From Candidatus Beckwithbacteria bacterium (lineage in GTDB: Bacteria; Patescibacteriota; Microgenomatia; UBA1400; CG1-02-47-37), in assembly GCA_043803225.1 (NCBI GenBank), contig JAZDKF010000012.1:118647-182646 (forward strand): a stretch of 64,000 nucleotides of DNA, given 5' to 3'. Below, piece by piece: positions 1 to 10,112 of the stretch. A program made the position numbers and the translations under genes. Position 1 is the stretch's first letter; every line of letters begins with the position of its first letter. The notes under the pieces are model-generated. The model made no database searches, was not told where the DNA came from, and worked only from the letters and a program-made list of their open reading frames with translations.

Positions 1-1
1 T

Positions 2-1627
2 TCTTATTCAATTATTGCTGGCAAAGACAGCTTAGCCGTTGTTGAAGTTGATGGTAAAAAATACACTCCTCAGGAAATCTCTGCCAAAATTCTCCAAAAA
101 GCTAAAGTTGATGCCGAAGCCTACTTGGGCGGCAAAGTCAGCCAGGCAGTAATTACTGTTCCGGCTTACTTTAATGATGCCCAGCGTCAGGCGACTAAAC
201 AGGCCGGGGAAATTGCCGGCCTTAAGGTTGAGCGGATTATCAATGAACCGACCGCTGCCGCTCTTGCCTATGGTTTGGAAAAGAAAAAAGTCGAAACTAT
301 TGCTGTTTATGACTTAGGCGGCGGCACCTTTGATATTTCCGTGCTGGAATTGGGTGACAATGTTTACGAAGTTAAAGCCACCAATGGCGACACTCACTTG
401 GGCGGCGATGACTTTGACCAAAAAATCATCGACTGGATTACCGCTGAGTTCAAAAAAGAGCACGGAATAGACTTAAAAGCTGATAAGCAGGCTCTGCAAA
501 GAATCAAAGATGCGGCTGAAAAAGCCAAGATTGAGCTGTCTTCAGCCAAAGAAACTGAGATTAACCAGCCTTTTATCACTCAAAGCAAAGACGGTCAGCC
601 GCTTCACTTAACCATGAAGCTGACCCGGGCCAAACTCGAGGAACTGGTTGATGATTTAATTAAACAAACCATGAAACCGGTCAAAGATTGTCTCAAGGAC
701 GCTAAAAAAGATCCTAAAAACATTGATGCGGTCATCATGGTCGGCGGCCAAACCCGCATGCCTAAAGTCCAAGAGGTGGTTAAAGCCTTTTTCGGCCAAG
801 AGCCGAATAAATCAGTTAATCCGGACGAAGTCGTCGCCATTGGCGCTGCGATTCAGGCCGGTGTTTTAATGGGCGATGTCACCGACGTTCTGCTTTTAGA
901 TGTCACTCCGTTAACTTTGGGGATTGAGACCTTGGGGAGCGTTTCTACGCCCTTAATTTCCCGAAACACCACTGTGCCTTCAAGCAAGTCCCAGGTCTTT
1001 TCGACTGCGGCGGATAATCAAACCTCAGTGGAAATCAACGTCCTTCAGGGAGAACGGCCCATGGCTGCGGACAATAAATCCCTAGGCCGCTTTATCTTAG
1101 ACGGGATTCCGCCGAGCCCGCGGGGAGTTCCTCAGATCGAAGTTACCTTTGACATTGATGCTAACGGCATCTTAAATGTCACTGCCAAAGACAAGGCGAC
1201 TAATAAAGAGCAAAAGATCACTATTCAGGGTTCAGCCGGTTTGTCTAAAGAAGAAGTTGAAACCATGACTAAGGAGGCGGAAAAACACGCCGAAGAAGAC
1301 AAGTTGAAAAAAGAAGCGGTTGAAGCCAGAAACCAAGCAGATGCCTTAATCTTTACTGCTGAAAAAACCTTAAAAGATGCCGGCGACAAGGTCAAAGCCG
1401 AAGACAAAACCGCCGTCGAGAAAAAGATTAAAGACCTTAAAGACGTGCTTGATTCAGCCAGTAAAGACGAACTGGAAGCCAAAACTAAAGACTTGTCCGA
1501 GTCTTTGCAAAAGGTTGGCGCGGCGATGTACGAATCGGCTAAAAAAGACGAGCCCAAAGCCGAAGATAAAAAAGATCAGAAAGCCGATAAAAAAGCCGAC
1601 GCCCAAGAAGGTGAAGTAGTCGAATAA
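2..1627 (+). CDS. dnaK: Molecular chaperone DnaK (Hsp70), 5'-truncated by window edge
   Basis: Frame continues open from nt 2 (…[44 protein letters not shown]…). Full Hsp70 substrate-binding and lid regions are present, with a charged C-terminal tail. Confidence 0.95.
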   Translation, partial: SYSIIAGKDSLAVVEVDGKKYTPQEISAKILQKAKVDAEAYLGGKVSQAVITVPAYFNDAQRQATKQAGEIAGLKVERIINEPTAAALAYGLEKKKVETIAVYDLGGGTFDISVLELGDNVYEVKATNGDTHLGGDDFDQKIIDWITAEFKKEHGIDLKADKQALQRIKDAAEKAKIELSSAKETEINQPFITQSKDGQPLHLTMKLTRAKLEELVDDLIKQTMKPVKDCLKDAKKDPKNIDAVIMVGGQTRMPKVQEVVKAFFGQEPNKSVNPDEVVAIGAAIQAGVLMGDVTDVLLLDVTPLTLGIETLGSVSTPLISRNTTVPSSKSQVFSTAADNQTSVEINVLQGERPMAADNKSLGRFILDGIPPSPRGVPQIEVTFDIDANGILNVTAKDKATNKEQKITIQGSAGLSKEEVETMTKEAEKHAEEDKLKKEAVEARNQADALIFTAEKTLKDAGDKVKAEDKTAVEKKIKDLKDVLDSASKDELEAKTKDLSESLQKVGAAMYESAKKDEPKAEDKKDQKADKKADAQEGEVVE

Positions 1628-1650
1628 AAGTTAATAAATTAAGGAGAATT

Positions 1651-2058
1651 ATGTCTGACTTAAAGTTAGAATTTCTAACCTTGTGCGATTTTGCTATGAC
1701 TTCCAGCGAGGGCAAGTTATCTGTTATTGGTATGTTTGATCGGATGTTCGTTACCGAAACTCCATCAAGTTTTCTTAGGTTTTTTATTGTAGCCATATTA
1801 ACGGGAAAGCCAAACACGGAAGTAAAAATCTCATTTAACATTCAATTACCTTCAAGAAAAGAAGTCAAGCCAAAAGAAATGACGATTAAAATTAGTACCG
1901 GCGGGAAAATTAATATTATTAATGACGTGCCGAACTTCCCACTTCCTGAAGTTGGCGAGTATAAACTTTCTCTTAAATCCGGCGGGAAAAATTTAGGCTC
2001 AACATCTTTTATTGTTTCAAAAGTATCTGTACAAAGTAATAAGAAAATCGTTAACTAA
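1651..2058 (+). CDS. Hypothetical 135-aa protein inserted between dnaK and dnaJ
   Basis: ORF preceded by a strong SD (taaggagaattATG). Predicted beta-rich protein with no recognisable motif, in AT-richer DNA than its neighbours. Confidence 0.5.
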   Translation: MSDLKLEFLTLCDFAMTSSEGKLSVIGMFDRMFVTETPSSFLRFFIVAILTGKPNTEVKISFNIQLPSRKEVKPKEMTIKISTGGKINIINDVPNFPLPEVGEYKLSLKSGGKNLGSTSFIVSKVSVQSNKKIVN

Positions 2059-2079
2059 TTATTATGCGGGGAGATAAAA

Positions 2080-2430
2080 ATGGACAATCAAGAAAATGGA
2101 CAAATTTTAGTTTATGGCAGCGACAGAACAGGAACTGTTTCCAATACAGGGATTAAGGAAGCAGAACAAAACAGTGAATCAGGATCACAAACTATTGTAA
2201 TGCATAAAAGTGACCTGGAGTTGATGACAATAGGTCAATTAATTGAGAAATATTCTTCTTTAAAAGAAAAAATTGATACCCAAAACCAAAAAATAGAACA
2301 CTTGGAAAATATTATTAATAGTTTGAGTAAACAAGTAGTCTCTTTAGAAAAATGGAACTTTTTTAAGAGGTTTTATTATTTCGTGGCTGGTTTTATTAAA
2401 AAGAAAGTAGATAATTTAATTTCATTATGA
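2080..2430 (+). CDS. Hypothetical 116-aa coiled-coil protein with hydrophobic C-terminus
   Basis: SD (ggggagataaaaATG). Heptad-like region [39 protein letters not shown] followed by [12 protein letters not shown]. The stop overlaps the dnaJ start (ATGA). Confidence 0.45.
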   Translation: MDNQENGQILVYGSDRTGTVSNTGIKEAEQNSESGSQTIVMHKSDLELMTIGQLIEKYSSLKEKIDTQNQKIEHLENIINSLSKQVVSLEKWNFFKRFYYFVAGFIKKKVDNLISL

Positions 2431-3284
2431 CCACTAAACGGGACTTTTACGAAGTCTTAGGTGTTTCTAAGACCGCCTCTGCCGCGGAGCTGAAAAAAGC
2501 TTACCGTCAGTTGGCGTTAAAGTATCATCCTGATCGCAATAAAGCTGCTGACGCCGCCGAGAAATTTAAAGAAATTTCCGAAGCCTATGAAGTTTTAAGC
2601 AATCCGGAAAAGAAACAGACTTACGATCAATACGGCCACGCTGCTTTTGACCCCAGCCAGGGTTTTGGCGCCGGCGGTTCTCAAACCTACCGTCAGGGGC
2701 CGTTTACCTACACTTACACTACCGGAGGGGCACCCGGCGGTGGTTTTGATTTCGGCGGCTTTTCTGATCCCTTTGAAATCTTTGAAAGTTTCTTTGGCGG
2801 CGGTTCGCCTTTCCGTCAAGCCCGGATTCCCCGCTATGGTTTAACCATTGATTTTATGGAAGCAGTTAAGGGCTGCCAGCGGACTTTGGTTCATCAGGGG
2901 AGAGAGTACACTATAAAAATTCCCGCTGGCGCTGACGACGGCACCCGGATTAGGTTTAACGATTTTTACGTGACGATTGAAGTTAAACCCCACTCGATTT
3001 TCAAGCGCGACGGCGTCGATTTATTTATTAACCAGGAGCTGTCTTTTTCTCAAGCCGCCCTTGGTACGATTATCGAAGTTCCTACCGTTGACGGCCAGCT
3101 TAAATTAAAAGTCCGTCCCGGCACCCAGCCGAATACTTTGGTCCGCCTGCGCGGCCAGGGTATGCCTCATCTTCGCGGCCGCGGCCGCGGCGACCAATAC
3201 GTCCGCCTGATTATCAAAGTCCCCGAACACCTCTCCCGTTCTCAACGCCAGCTTCTCGAAGAATTCGAAGAAGAAAAGGGGTAA
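2427..3284 (+). CDS. dnaJ: J-domain co-chaperone (DnaJ/CbpA-like, type II: J-domain, G/F-rich region and C-terminal domain, no CxxCxGxG zinc finger)
   Basis: J-domain with the HPD motif ([34 protein letters not shown]) and a Gly/Phe-rich linker. No cysteine repeats anywhere in the 285 aa. Confidence 0.8.
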   Translation: MTTKRDFYEVLGVSKTASAAELKKAYRQLALKYHPDRNKAADAAEKFKEISEAYEVLSNPEKKQTYDQYGHAAFDPSQGFGAGGSQTYRQGPFTYTYTTGGAPGGGFDFGGFSDPFEIFESFFGGGSPFRQARIPRYGLTIDFMEAVKGCQRTLVHQGREYTIKIPAGADDGTRIRFNDFYVTIEVKPHSIFKRDGVDLFINQELSFSQAALGTIIEVPTVDGQLKLKVRPGTQPNTLVRLRGQGMPHLRGRGRGDQYVRLIIKVPEHLSRSQRQLLEEFEEEKG

Positions 3285-3285
3285 G

Positions 3286-3951
3286 TTAGGTTAACTTAAC
3301 TAAAATATTTTTTCTGGAATATTCCACATTTCTTGCTTTGGTTGCCAAATCCAAAAAAATATTCACTCCGTCAATTACCCCGAGCCAGCAACGCACAATA
3401 TAAGTCACGCCATTGATAACAATGAAATGAGGCTTGAAACTGTTGCCATAAATTAATTTAACAAGAGAAATAACTTCTTGAGCTGACAATTTGGTATCAA
3501 GATCAATTTGGACATGAGGCAACCAATATTCTTTCCATTTATCATTAGTTTTTTCAATCGGAACCATTTCTATCATTGGCTTTTCCCATTGATCTGTATT
3601 TCCCAGAAATAACCACAACCCATCATCATTTGAAGGTTCTTCATACAGATGAATTTTAGTTTTTTTAGCTAATTTAATTAATCTTAATTTTTCCTGAATA
3701 TTTGAAAAGGTTTTATAGCAAAAACCAACATGGTTAAGCCGGATAATTGAACTAGACAATTTATCCGTCAACTTCTTTAGCTTATTAAAATCAATTGGCA
3801 TGTTTGATAAGTTGCTTTTATGTTTAATTAAAAGCGGAACAATATCGCCAAGAGGGGTAATAATTTTATTATTGGTTATCTTAAGTAAATTAGTGTTTAG
3901 GTTTAATGTTTCTAAAACTTTTTCAAAAGCTAAAATAAAATCTTTATTCAT
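3286..3951 (-). CDS. Hypothetical 221-aa protein in an AT-rich island
   Basis: Clean minus-strand ORF convergent with dnaJ. Low-GC, Lys/Asn/Ile-rich composition; the weak HVGFCY…HLYEE pattern is not enough to assign a family. Confidence 0.45.
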   Translation of the reverse strand: MNKDFILAFEKVLETLNLNTNLLKITNNKIITPLGDIVPLLIKHKSNLSNMPIDFNKLKKLTDKLSSSIIRLNHVGFCYKTFSNIQEKLRLIKLAKKTKIHLYEEPSNDDGLWLFLGNTDQWEKPMIEMVPIEKTNDKWKEYWLPHVQIDLDTKLSAQEVISLVKLIYGNSFKPHFIVINGVTYIVRCWLGVIDGVNIFLDLATKARNVEYSRKNILVKLT

Positions 3952-4059
3952 TAAATAGATTATAATTGATTTCTGTGAAACAATTACCCGTTAAGCCCGC
4001 CCCAGCCGGAAAAACCCGTCCCCGATGGTTCCTGCGCCGGATAAGCCGTGACTCGATTT

Positions 4060-4114
4060 ATGACCCGATTATGACCCGATTACTCTTGACAAAATCGGGT
4101 CATTTTGTTAAAAT
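4060..4114 (+). promoter_or_regulatory. Fic promoter flanked by three copies of an 11-bp operator motif (ATGACCCGATT)
   Basis: Direct tandem copies ATGACCCGATT at 4060-4070 and 4071-4081. A perfect inverted copy AATCGGGTCAT at 4093-4103 lies in the spacer. The -35 TTGACA is at 4086-4091 and an extended -10 TGTTAAAAT at 4106-4114. The ATG follows at 4124, so the leader is only a few nt. Confidence 0.6.
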
Positions 4115-4123
4115 ATCAATATT

Positions 4124-5167
4124 ATGGCTTTTAATCCTCTTTTTTCGATTACCCCAAAACTAACTAATTTACTTACGGAAATTGCCGTCTGCCGGGAAAA
4201 GATTCTGTCTTTAAAAGTCTTGCCTCAAAGAGAGATCGGTTTAATCAAAAGTGCCCGCTTAAGAATGATCCATTCCTCAACTGCGATTGAAGGAAATTTG
4301 CTTAATTTAAGAGAAGTTGAAGCTGTTTTATCCGGTAAAACAGTGGCTAATGTCAAAAATGACGATATTATCGAAGTCCAAAATTATGAAAGAGTCTTAA
4401 AATTTATTGACACTTTAGATAATAATAAAAAAATTGACTGGGAGAAACTAGTTTTAACTATCCATCGTTTAACCACCGCAAAACTTTTACCAAAAAAAGA
4501 TAGCGGCCATTATCGCCGCGGTCCGGTTTATATTATTCAAAGACCTTTAAATAAAATTATTTATACCGCTCCTGATTTTAAAAAAGTGCCTCAATTAATG
4601 AACGACTTATTTTTATGGCTTGAGAACGAAGTTGTAAAACAATTATCTCCGGTAATTGCCGCCGCCATCACTCACCATCAGTTTGTTACCATCCACCCTT
4701 TTATTGATGGGAACGGTCGGACTGCTAGAGCTTGGGCAACTATAGTTTTATATAGCCGCGGTTATGATATTAAAAGAATATTTGCCTTAGAAGATTATTA
4801 CAATCTGGATCGTGATGCTTACTATGATGCTATTAAGCGGGTGAGGCAGGAAAAAAATTTAACTTTCTGGTTAGAATATTTTGCCGAAGGGTTTCTCAAA
4901 GAACTGCGGCAGATTTTGGAAAAAATGGAACTGTTTTCTTTGGAAGCCAAAACCAAAAAAGATCCGGTTTATTTAAATCAGCGCCAACGGGATATCTTGG
5001 AATTTGTTGCCATTAACCGAAAAATATTTCGTTCCGATGTTGTCGACATTGTCAGCGTTAGCCCGAAAACCGCCTATCGGGAGTTGGAGTTTTTAAGGCA
5101 AAAAGGTTTGATAAAAAGAAAGGGTGACGGGCCAAGCAGCCATTATGTTTTAGCGGAAAAATTATGA
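4124..5167 (+). CDS. Fic-family protein (AMPylase/Doc-like) with C-terminal winged-helix domain
   Basis: Canonical Fic motif HPFIDGNGRTARA. The C-terminal ~70 aa are helix-turn-helix-like (DILEFVAINRKIFRSDVVDIVSVSPKTAYRELEFLRQKGLIKRKG). Confidence 0.9.
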   Translation: MAFNPLFSITPKLTNLLTEIAVCREKILSLKVLPQREIGLIKSARLRMIHSSTAIEGNLLNLREVEAVLSGKTVANVKNDDIIEVQNYERVLKFIDTLDNNKKIDWEKLVLTIHRLTTAKLLPKKDSGHYRRGPVYIIQRPLNKIIYTAPDFKKVPQLMNDLFLWLENEVVKQLSPVIAAAITHHQFVTIHPFIDGNGRTARAWATIVLYSRGYDIKRIFALEDYYNLDRDAYYDAIKRVRQEKNLTFWLEYFAEGFLKELRQILEKMELFSLEAKTKKDPVYLNQRQRDILEFVAINRKIFRSDVVDIVSVSPKTAYRELEFLRQKGLIKRKGDGPSSHYVLAEKL

Positions 5168-5700
5168 CACACTATATTATTTTCGGCGACTCGATTGGGT
5201 TAGGCGAGGGTGATCCGGTCGGCGGCTGGGTTAAAAAATTAAGTCAAAAATATTCTGTTGAAAACCTCAGTCTTGACGGCGCTACCACTAAAGACTTACT
5301 TAATCACTTTCCCTCCAGTTTTAACCCCCAAACTACTTTTATTATTGCCCTTGGCGTTAATGACTCGATTTTTCTCTCCCTAACCCAATTTAACCAAAAC
5401 CTAATTCAATTAATTAAACTTGCACAAAAAAGTACTCAAAAAATTATCCTTATTGGTCCTGCTCTGGTAGACGAATTAAAAGTTAATCCGATTCCTTGGG
5501 AGCCAAATTACTCTTATCTTAATGAATCAATTACTCGGTTTAATCAAACAATTGCCGAAATTTGTTCCAAGAAAAAACTAAAATTTATTGATCTGTTTCA
5601 CCAGCTTCCGCCTGACTATATTAAAACCCTTGATGACGGCGTTCACCCGAACCACGCCGGCCATAAAATGATTTTTGATATTATTAAGAACAACCTATGA
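5164..5700 (+). CDS. SGNH/GDSL-family hydrolase
   Basis: N-terminal GDSIG block (IIFGDSIGLGEG), a GVND block and a C-terminal DGVHPNHAGH catalytic dyad. Translationally coupled to the Fic gene (ATGA overlap). Confidence 0.8.
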   Translation: MTHYIIFGDSIGLGEGDPVGGWVKKLSQKYSVENLSLDGATTKDLLNHFPSSFNPQTTFIIALGVNDSIFLSLTQFNQNLIQLIKLAQKSTQKIILIGPALVDELKVNPIPWEPNYSYLNESITRFNQTIAEICSKKKLKFIDLFHQLPPDYIKTLDDGVHPNHAGHKMIFDIIKNNL

Positions 5701-6425
5701 ATCCATTATTTTTAATTCTGCTTGCTACTTTTCTTGTCAGCTTGGGCGGCTTGATCGGCGTTTTTACCTTGAGCTTGAACCATAAAAAACTTCACTCATT
5801 TTTATTAACTTTGGTCTCCCTTTCTGCCGGCGCCTTGATGGGCGGCGCTTTTCTTCATCTATTACCTGAAGCGCTTAGCGTTCTTCCCGGCCAGCTGGCT
5901 TTAAGTTTAACTCTTTACAGTTTTATCGGATTTTTTTTGATCGAAAAGATTTTCCACTGGCGCCACTGCCACCAGGAACACTGTAAAATTCACGCTTTTG
6001 GCTATTTAAACTTATTGGGTGATAGTCTTCATAATTTTATTGACGGCCTGATTATTGCCGGAGCTTTTCTTGCCAACCCTCACTTAGGTTGGATCACAAC
6101 TTTGGCAATTGCTTTGCATGAAATTCCTCAGGAAATCGGCGATTTTGGCGTCTTGCTTTACTCCGGCTGGTCTCAAAAACGTGCCCTTATCGCTAACTTT
6201 GGCGTGGCTTTAACTGCAGTTTTTGGCGGCCTGACCGGCTACTACTTAGCCGGCACAGTTTCTTTAACTCAGTCCCTCTTGCCCCTGGCCGCCGGCGGTT
6301 TTATCTACATTGCCGCCTCTGACCTTCTGCCTGAGCTGAAAAAAGAAACCCGGCCTAAAAAAATCCTGGTTAACTTTCTCTTCTTCATACTTGGCGTCTT
6401 GTTAATGTTTATCTTTAAAGATTAA
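5697..6425 (+). CDS. zupT: ZIP-family divalent metal (zinc) transporter, ZupT-like
   Basis: Multi-TM protein with a His-rich loop (HWRHCHQEHCKIH) and the ZIP signature HEIPQEIGDFGVLL. Confidence 0.75.
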   Translation: MNPLFLILLATFLVSLGGLIGVFTLSLNHKKLHSFLLTLVSLSAGALMGGAFLHLLPEALSVLPGQLALSLTLYSFIGFFLIEKIFHWRHCHQEHCKIHAFGYLNLLGDSLHNFIDGLIIAGAFLANPHLGWITTLAIALHEIPQEIGDFGVLLYSGWSQKRALIANFGVALTAVFGGLTGYYLAGTVSLTQSLLPLAAGGFIYIAASDLLPELKKETRPKKILVNFLFFILGVLLMFIFKD

Positions 6426-6501
6426 TCAAAATGTGCTAAACTACACCATTGTTATTAGCAGTTTAGAGGAGGCGGGTTATACTCGCCTTTTTAATTAATA
6501 T

Positions 6502-7716
6502 ATGGACCTAACTAACCTACCTAAGTCAGCCAGGACCGAGTTTACTTCGGCCCTTAACCAGATTTGTGCTGAGCGGGGAATTTCTCCTCAAGCGGTAATT
6601 GACTCGATCAAAACCGCTCTAATTGCTGCTTATAAAAAAGACTCATGTTTAGTCGAAGATGTTGAAGGTATTGGTTACGTAGCTGAATTGGATGAGATTA
6701 CCGGTTCCGCGAAAATTTTTGAAGTTGATGATAAAGGCAATAAAAAAGACATTACCCCCCCTGGCTTTGGCCGGATTGCTGCCCAAACCGCCAAGCAGGT
6801 AATTTTACAAAAAATCCGCGAAGAAGAAAAAGACGCTATTATTACTGAATATCAGGATAAAATCGGCGCCTTAGTCAACGGCATGGTTTTAAGATTCGAT
6901 GGCCAGTTTATTATCTGCGATATTGGCCGCGGCCAGGGATTGATGCCGCCGGAAGAACAGGCAGGTAATGAACGCTACCGCTTAAACCAACGTCTGACTT
7001 TATACATCAAAGATATTAAAGAAACCGTCAAAGGCAATCAAATTATTATCTCCCGCGCCGATCCCCAGTTAGTCATTGAACTTTTTAAACGCGAAGTCCC
7101 TGAAGTTAACTCCGGCGCCGTTGAGATTAAGGTTATTGCTCGGGAAGCCGGTAGTCGTTCTAAGGTTGCGGTTGCCTCGTCTCAGGCTGGTGTTGATCCG
7201 GTTGGCTCCTGCGTTGGTCAAAAAGGCGTCCGGGTCCAATCGATCATCAACGAACTTGGCGGCGAAAAGATCGACATTATTGAATACTCTGATAACTTGG
7301 CTCAGTTTATCACTGCCGCTCTTCAACCAGCCGACAATCTTAAGGTTAAATTAAACGAAAAAACTAAAATTGCTGATGTGACTGCGCCTGAAGACCAACT
7401 GTCTTTAGCCATTGGCCGCGATGGCCAAAATGTCCGTCTGGCTGCTAAGCTGACCGGGTACAAGATCAACCTTCAAGGACCTAAGGGCAAAAAAGTGACC
7501 GCTACTAAAGATGATGCTGAGTTTGAAATTGACACCTTAAAACTTTCCCGCCGCACCAGGAATGCCTTAATTGCCGCTAAAATTACCACCATTGCTGATC
7601 TGAAGTCTTTATCCGAAGCTGACTTAAACGCGATTAAAGGTTTAGGCCCTAAAGCAATTATTGAGATTAAGGAGAAGACTAGTGCCAAAAAAACCGCCCC
7701 CAAAAAAACCGCTTAA
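6502..7716 (+). CDS. nusA: Transcription termination/antitermination factor NusA
   Basis: NusA N-domain, S1 and two KH regions (ISRADPQLVIELFKREVPEV, GSRSKVAV) plus a C-terminal HhH and lysine-rich tail. Confidence 0.9.
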   Translation: MDLTNLPKSARTEFTSALNQICAERGISPQAVIDSIKTALIAAYKKDSCLVEDVEGIGYVAELDEITGSAKIFEVDDKGNKKDITPPGFGRIAAQTAKQVILQKIREEEKDAIITEYQDKIGALVNGMVLRFDGQFIICDIGRGQGLMPPEEQAGNERYRLNQRLTLYIKDIKETVKGNQIIISRADPQLVIELFKREVPEVNSGAVEIKVIAREAGSRSKVAVASSQAGVDPVGSCVGQKGVRVQSIINELGGEKIDIIEYSDNLAQFITAALQPADNLKVKLNEKTKIADVTAPEDQLSLAIGRDGQNVRLAAKLTGYKINLQGPKGKKVTATKDDAEFEIDTLKLSRRTRNALIAAKITTIADLKSLSEADLNAIKGLGPKAIIEIKEKTSAKKTAPKKTA

Positions 7717-9091
7717 AGTTTCTTCCCGGCCGCCGGTAATTACCGTTATGGGCCATATTGACCATGGGAAAACCACTCTGTTGGATGCCTTACGCCAAAC
7801 CCATGTGGCTGATAAAGAATCTGGTGGAATCACTCAGCACGTTGGCGCCTATCAGGTAGAATTTCAAGGCAGGAAAGTAACTTTTATTGATACTCCCGGC
7901 CATGCTGCTTTTGCTTCAATGCGCTCCCGCGGCGTCCAGGCGACCGACTTAGTCGTCTTAGTGATTGATGCTGTCGAAAGCGTCAAACCCCAAACCAAAG
8001 AATGCTTAGAACACATTAAGGCTGCCAAGGTTCCTTTTTTGGTGGCGATAAATAAAATTGACTTGCCCAATGCCTCTAGCGCCATTGTTAAAAAAGACTT
8101 GGCTGACAGTGGTGTTATGGTCGAAGGTTATGGCGGCGACATTGTCTGTGTGGAAATCTCTGCCAAAATGAAAACCAACCTCGATCAGTTGCTGGAAATG
8201 ATCCTGCTTTCTGCTGATATGTTAGTCTTACCCAATGAGCCAACTGCTCCTTTAGAGGCAGTAGTTATCGAATCCTCATTAGACAAGCAACGTGGCCCAG
8301 TCGCCACAGTGATTGTTAAAAAAGGCACCCTTAAACTAGGGGACGAATTAAACCTGGGCGGTGCGGTTGGAAAAATCAAAGCCTTATGTAACGAAACTGG
8401 TGCCCAGTTAACTCAAGTCCTGCCTGGCTGTCCCGCCCAAATCTTAGGCTTCAAAACCGTTCCTAGCGTTGGCGCCACCAATGTTTCTGCTGCGCCAGTT
8501 GATTTAGATCCTTTATCCAAAACTCTAAAAGTAATTCTTAAAGCCGATGTTGCCGGTACTTTGGAAGCCATTTCTCAAAACTTAAGCTCTGAAGTTACTC
8601 TTGTCGCCACCGGTTTAGGCGAGGTCGGTGAAGCTGATGTCGCCTTGGCCCAGTCTACTGGCGCTAAAATCATTGCCTTTCGGGTCAAAACCACGGCTTC
8701 GGCCCAAAAACTGGCTGAGATTGAAAAAATCTTCATTAAAAACTACTCCCTGATTCACGAACTTTTAGACGATCTTCAAACTCAGATCTTAAAACTTTTA
8801 GAACCGACAATTGATGAAGAAATTTTAGGCACAGCCAAAATTATTGCCCAGTTCACCGCCAAAGGCGATAAGATTGCCGGCTGTCTGGTGAATTCCGGCA
8901 AACTCACCTCAGGTGACTTAGTTCACCTGATTCGAAACAAAGCCCAGTTTGCTCAAGGGAAAATTAAATCAATTCACCAGGGGAAAGATACGGTTGATAA
9001 AGCCAAGCGCGGCGAAGAATATGGCATTAGCTTTACCAGCCCGCTCGATTTCCAGCCCAAAGACACTCTTCAGGCTTATAAAAAAATCTAA
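7661..9091 (+). CDS. infB: Translation initiation factor IF-2 (short form, essentially G-domain to C-terminus)
   Basis: G1 motif GHIDHGKTTLLD, DTPGH and NKID motifs. The ORF overlaps the nusA 3' end; the true start could be the in-frame GTG at 7682. Confidence 0.9.
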   Translation: MRLRRRLVPKKPPPKKPLKVSSRPPVITVMGHIDHGKTTLLDALRQTHVADKESGGITQHVGAYQVEFQGRKVTFIDTPGHAAFASMRSRGVQATDLVVLVIDAVESVKPQTKECLEHIKAAKVPFLVAINKIDLPNASSAIVKKDLADSGVMVEGYGGDIVCVEISAKMKTNLDQLLEMILLSADMLVLPNEPTAPLEAVVIESSLDKQRGPVATVIVKKGTLKLGDELNLGGAVGKIKALCNETGAQLTQVLPGCPAQILGFKTVPSVGATNVSAAPVDLDPLSKTLKVILKADVAGTLEAISQNLSSEVTLVATGLGEVGEADVALAQSTGAKIIAFRVKTTASAQKLAEIEKIFIKNYSLIHELLDDLQTQILKLLEPTIDEEILGTAKIIAQFTAKGDKIAGCLVNSGKLTSGDLVHLIRNKAQFAQGKIKSIHQGKDTVDKAKRGEEYGISFTSPLDFQPKDTLQAYKKI

Positions 9092-9156
9092 CCTTTATCC
9101 TATAGCTTTACTTCTATCCCTGATTCTGTTAAAATCCGACCCTGAAAACCATATTT

Positions 9157-10092
9157 ATGCCCAAAACCTACAATCTTGAACCAATTAAACAGGCGCTTTC
9201 CCAAGCCAAACAAGTTTTAATTTTGCTGCCCCAAAATCCCGAGGTTGACTCTGTGGCCGCCGGTTTGGCTTTATATCTCTCTTTAACCAAGCAATCAATC
9301 AACACTTCGATCGGCTGTTCAACTCAGATAACCGTTGGCTTTAACCGCCTTTTTGGCGTGGATAAAATCAAACCAAGAATCGGCAACCAAAACCTGGTTA
9401 TCTCTTTTACTTACCCTGAAGACAATCTGGAAAAAGTCTCCTATGACAAAGACTCTCAAAACCAAAAATTTAACCTTACCATTGAACCTAAAGCCGGCAT
9501 GGATCCTCTGGATATCAACTCGGTTCAATATTCTTACACTGGGTCTAATGCCGATGTTATCTTTGTCATCGGCGCCCGGTCTCTGGAAGATTTAGGCGAA
9601 CTCTATCAAAGCGAGAAAAAACTCTTAGACGATAAAACTAAAACCGTGGTTAATTTATCCAGTCAAGATAGAAACAGTCAGTTTGGCACCGTCAATCTTT
9701 ATGATCCGACCGCCTCTGGTGCCTCTGAGATCATGGTCTGGGTTTTAACTGGTTTGCAGCTGCCCCTGGAATCTGATATGGCCACTAATCTTTTGGCCGG
9801 CATCGAAGCCAAAACTGTTAACTTTACTTCGCCTCAAACTAATGCCGACACTTTTGAAATTGTGGCGCAATTAATGCGCCAGGGAGCTAAAAAAGGCCAC
9901 CTGGCCGCTCCAGCTCCCAGAAATCCGTTTATGGCCAATCCTTCTAACCCAATCCCAACCTGGCCTCGCCCAGTCCAGCCGCCGACTCAATTTTCCAGTT
10001 CAACTTTGGTTCCAACTCAAGCCCCGGCTGCCTCCACTCCGCCTGATTGGCTTAAGCCCAAAATCATAACCTCCTCTAGCCAGCTGGTCTAA
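9157..10092 (+). CDS. DHH/DHHA1-fold NrnA-like protein with degenerate catalytic motifs and a Pro-rich C-terminal tail
   Basis: Architecture and several blocks resemble NrnA ([33 protein letters not shown] is a DHHA1-like block). The PDGD and DHH metal-binding motifs are replaced (PEVD, SSQ). C-terminal tail [25 protein letters not shown]. Confidence 0.5.
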   Translation: MPKTYNLEPIKQALSQAKQVLILLPQNPEVDSVAAGLALYLSLTKQSINTSIGCSTQITVGFNRLFGVDKIKPRIGNQNLVISFTYPEDNLEKVSYDKDSQNQKFNLTIEPKAGMDPLDINSVQYSYTGSNADVIFVIGARSLEDLGELYQSEKKLLDDKTKTVVNLSSQDRNSQFGTVNLYDPTASGASEIMVWVLTGLQLPLESDMATNLLAGIEAKTVNFTSPQTNADTFEIVAQLMRQGAKKGHLAAPAPRNPFMANPSNPIPTWPRPVQPPTQFSSSTLVPTQAPAASTPPDWLKPKIITSSSQLV

Positions 10093-10112
10093 CTTTTGCT
10101 AGAATACTCCCT

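Noticed and set aside
1377-1619. 80-aa Lys-rich ORF in alternate frame inside dnaK, and similar small sense/antisense ORFs inside rpoB, rpoC, fusA, tuf, secY etc. from the six-frame track
   Set aside because: They are fully embedded in strongly conserved genes in other frames or strands. Their composition (runs of K, P or R) is a frame artefact of the host gene, and none has start signals.
3966-4163. 65-aa ORF upstream of and overlapping the Fic start
   Set aside because: It spans the Fic promoter and operator repeats and the first codons of Fic in another frame, so the promoter interpretation explains the sequence better.
6465-6472. AGAGGAGG as SD for nusA
   Set aside because: It lies about 30 nt upstream of the only in-frame start (an in-frame TAA at 6496 precludes an earlier start). 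It is therefore treated as part of a small hairpin or leader structure rather than a functional SD, unless folding shortens the distance.
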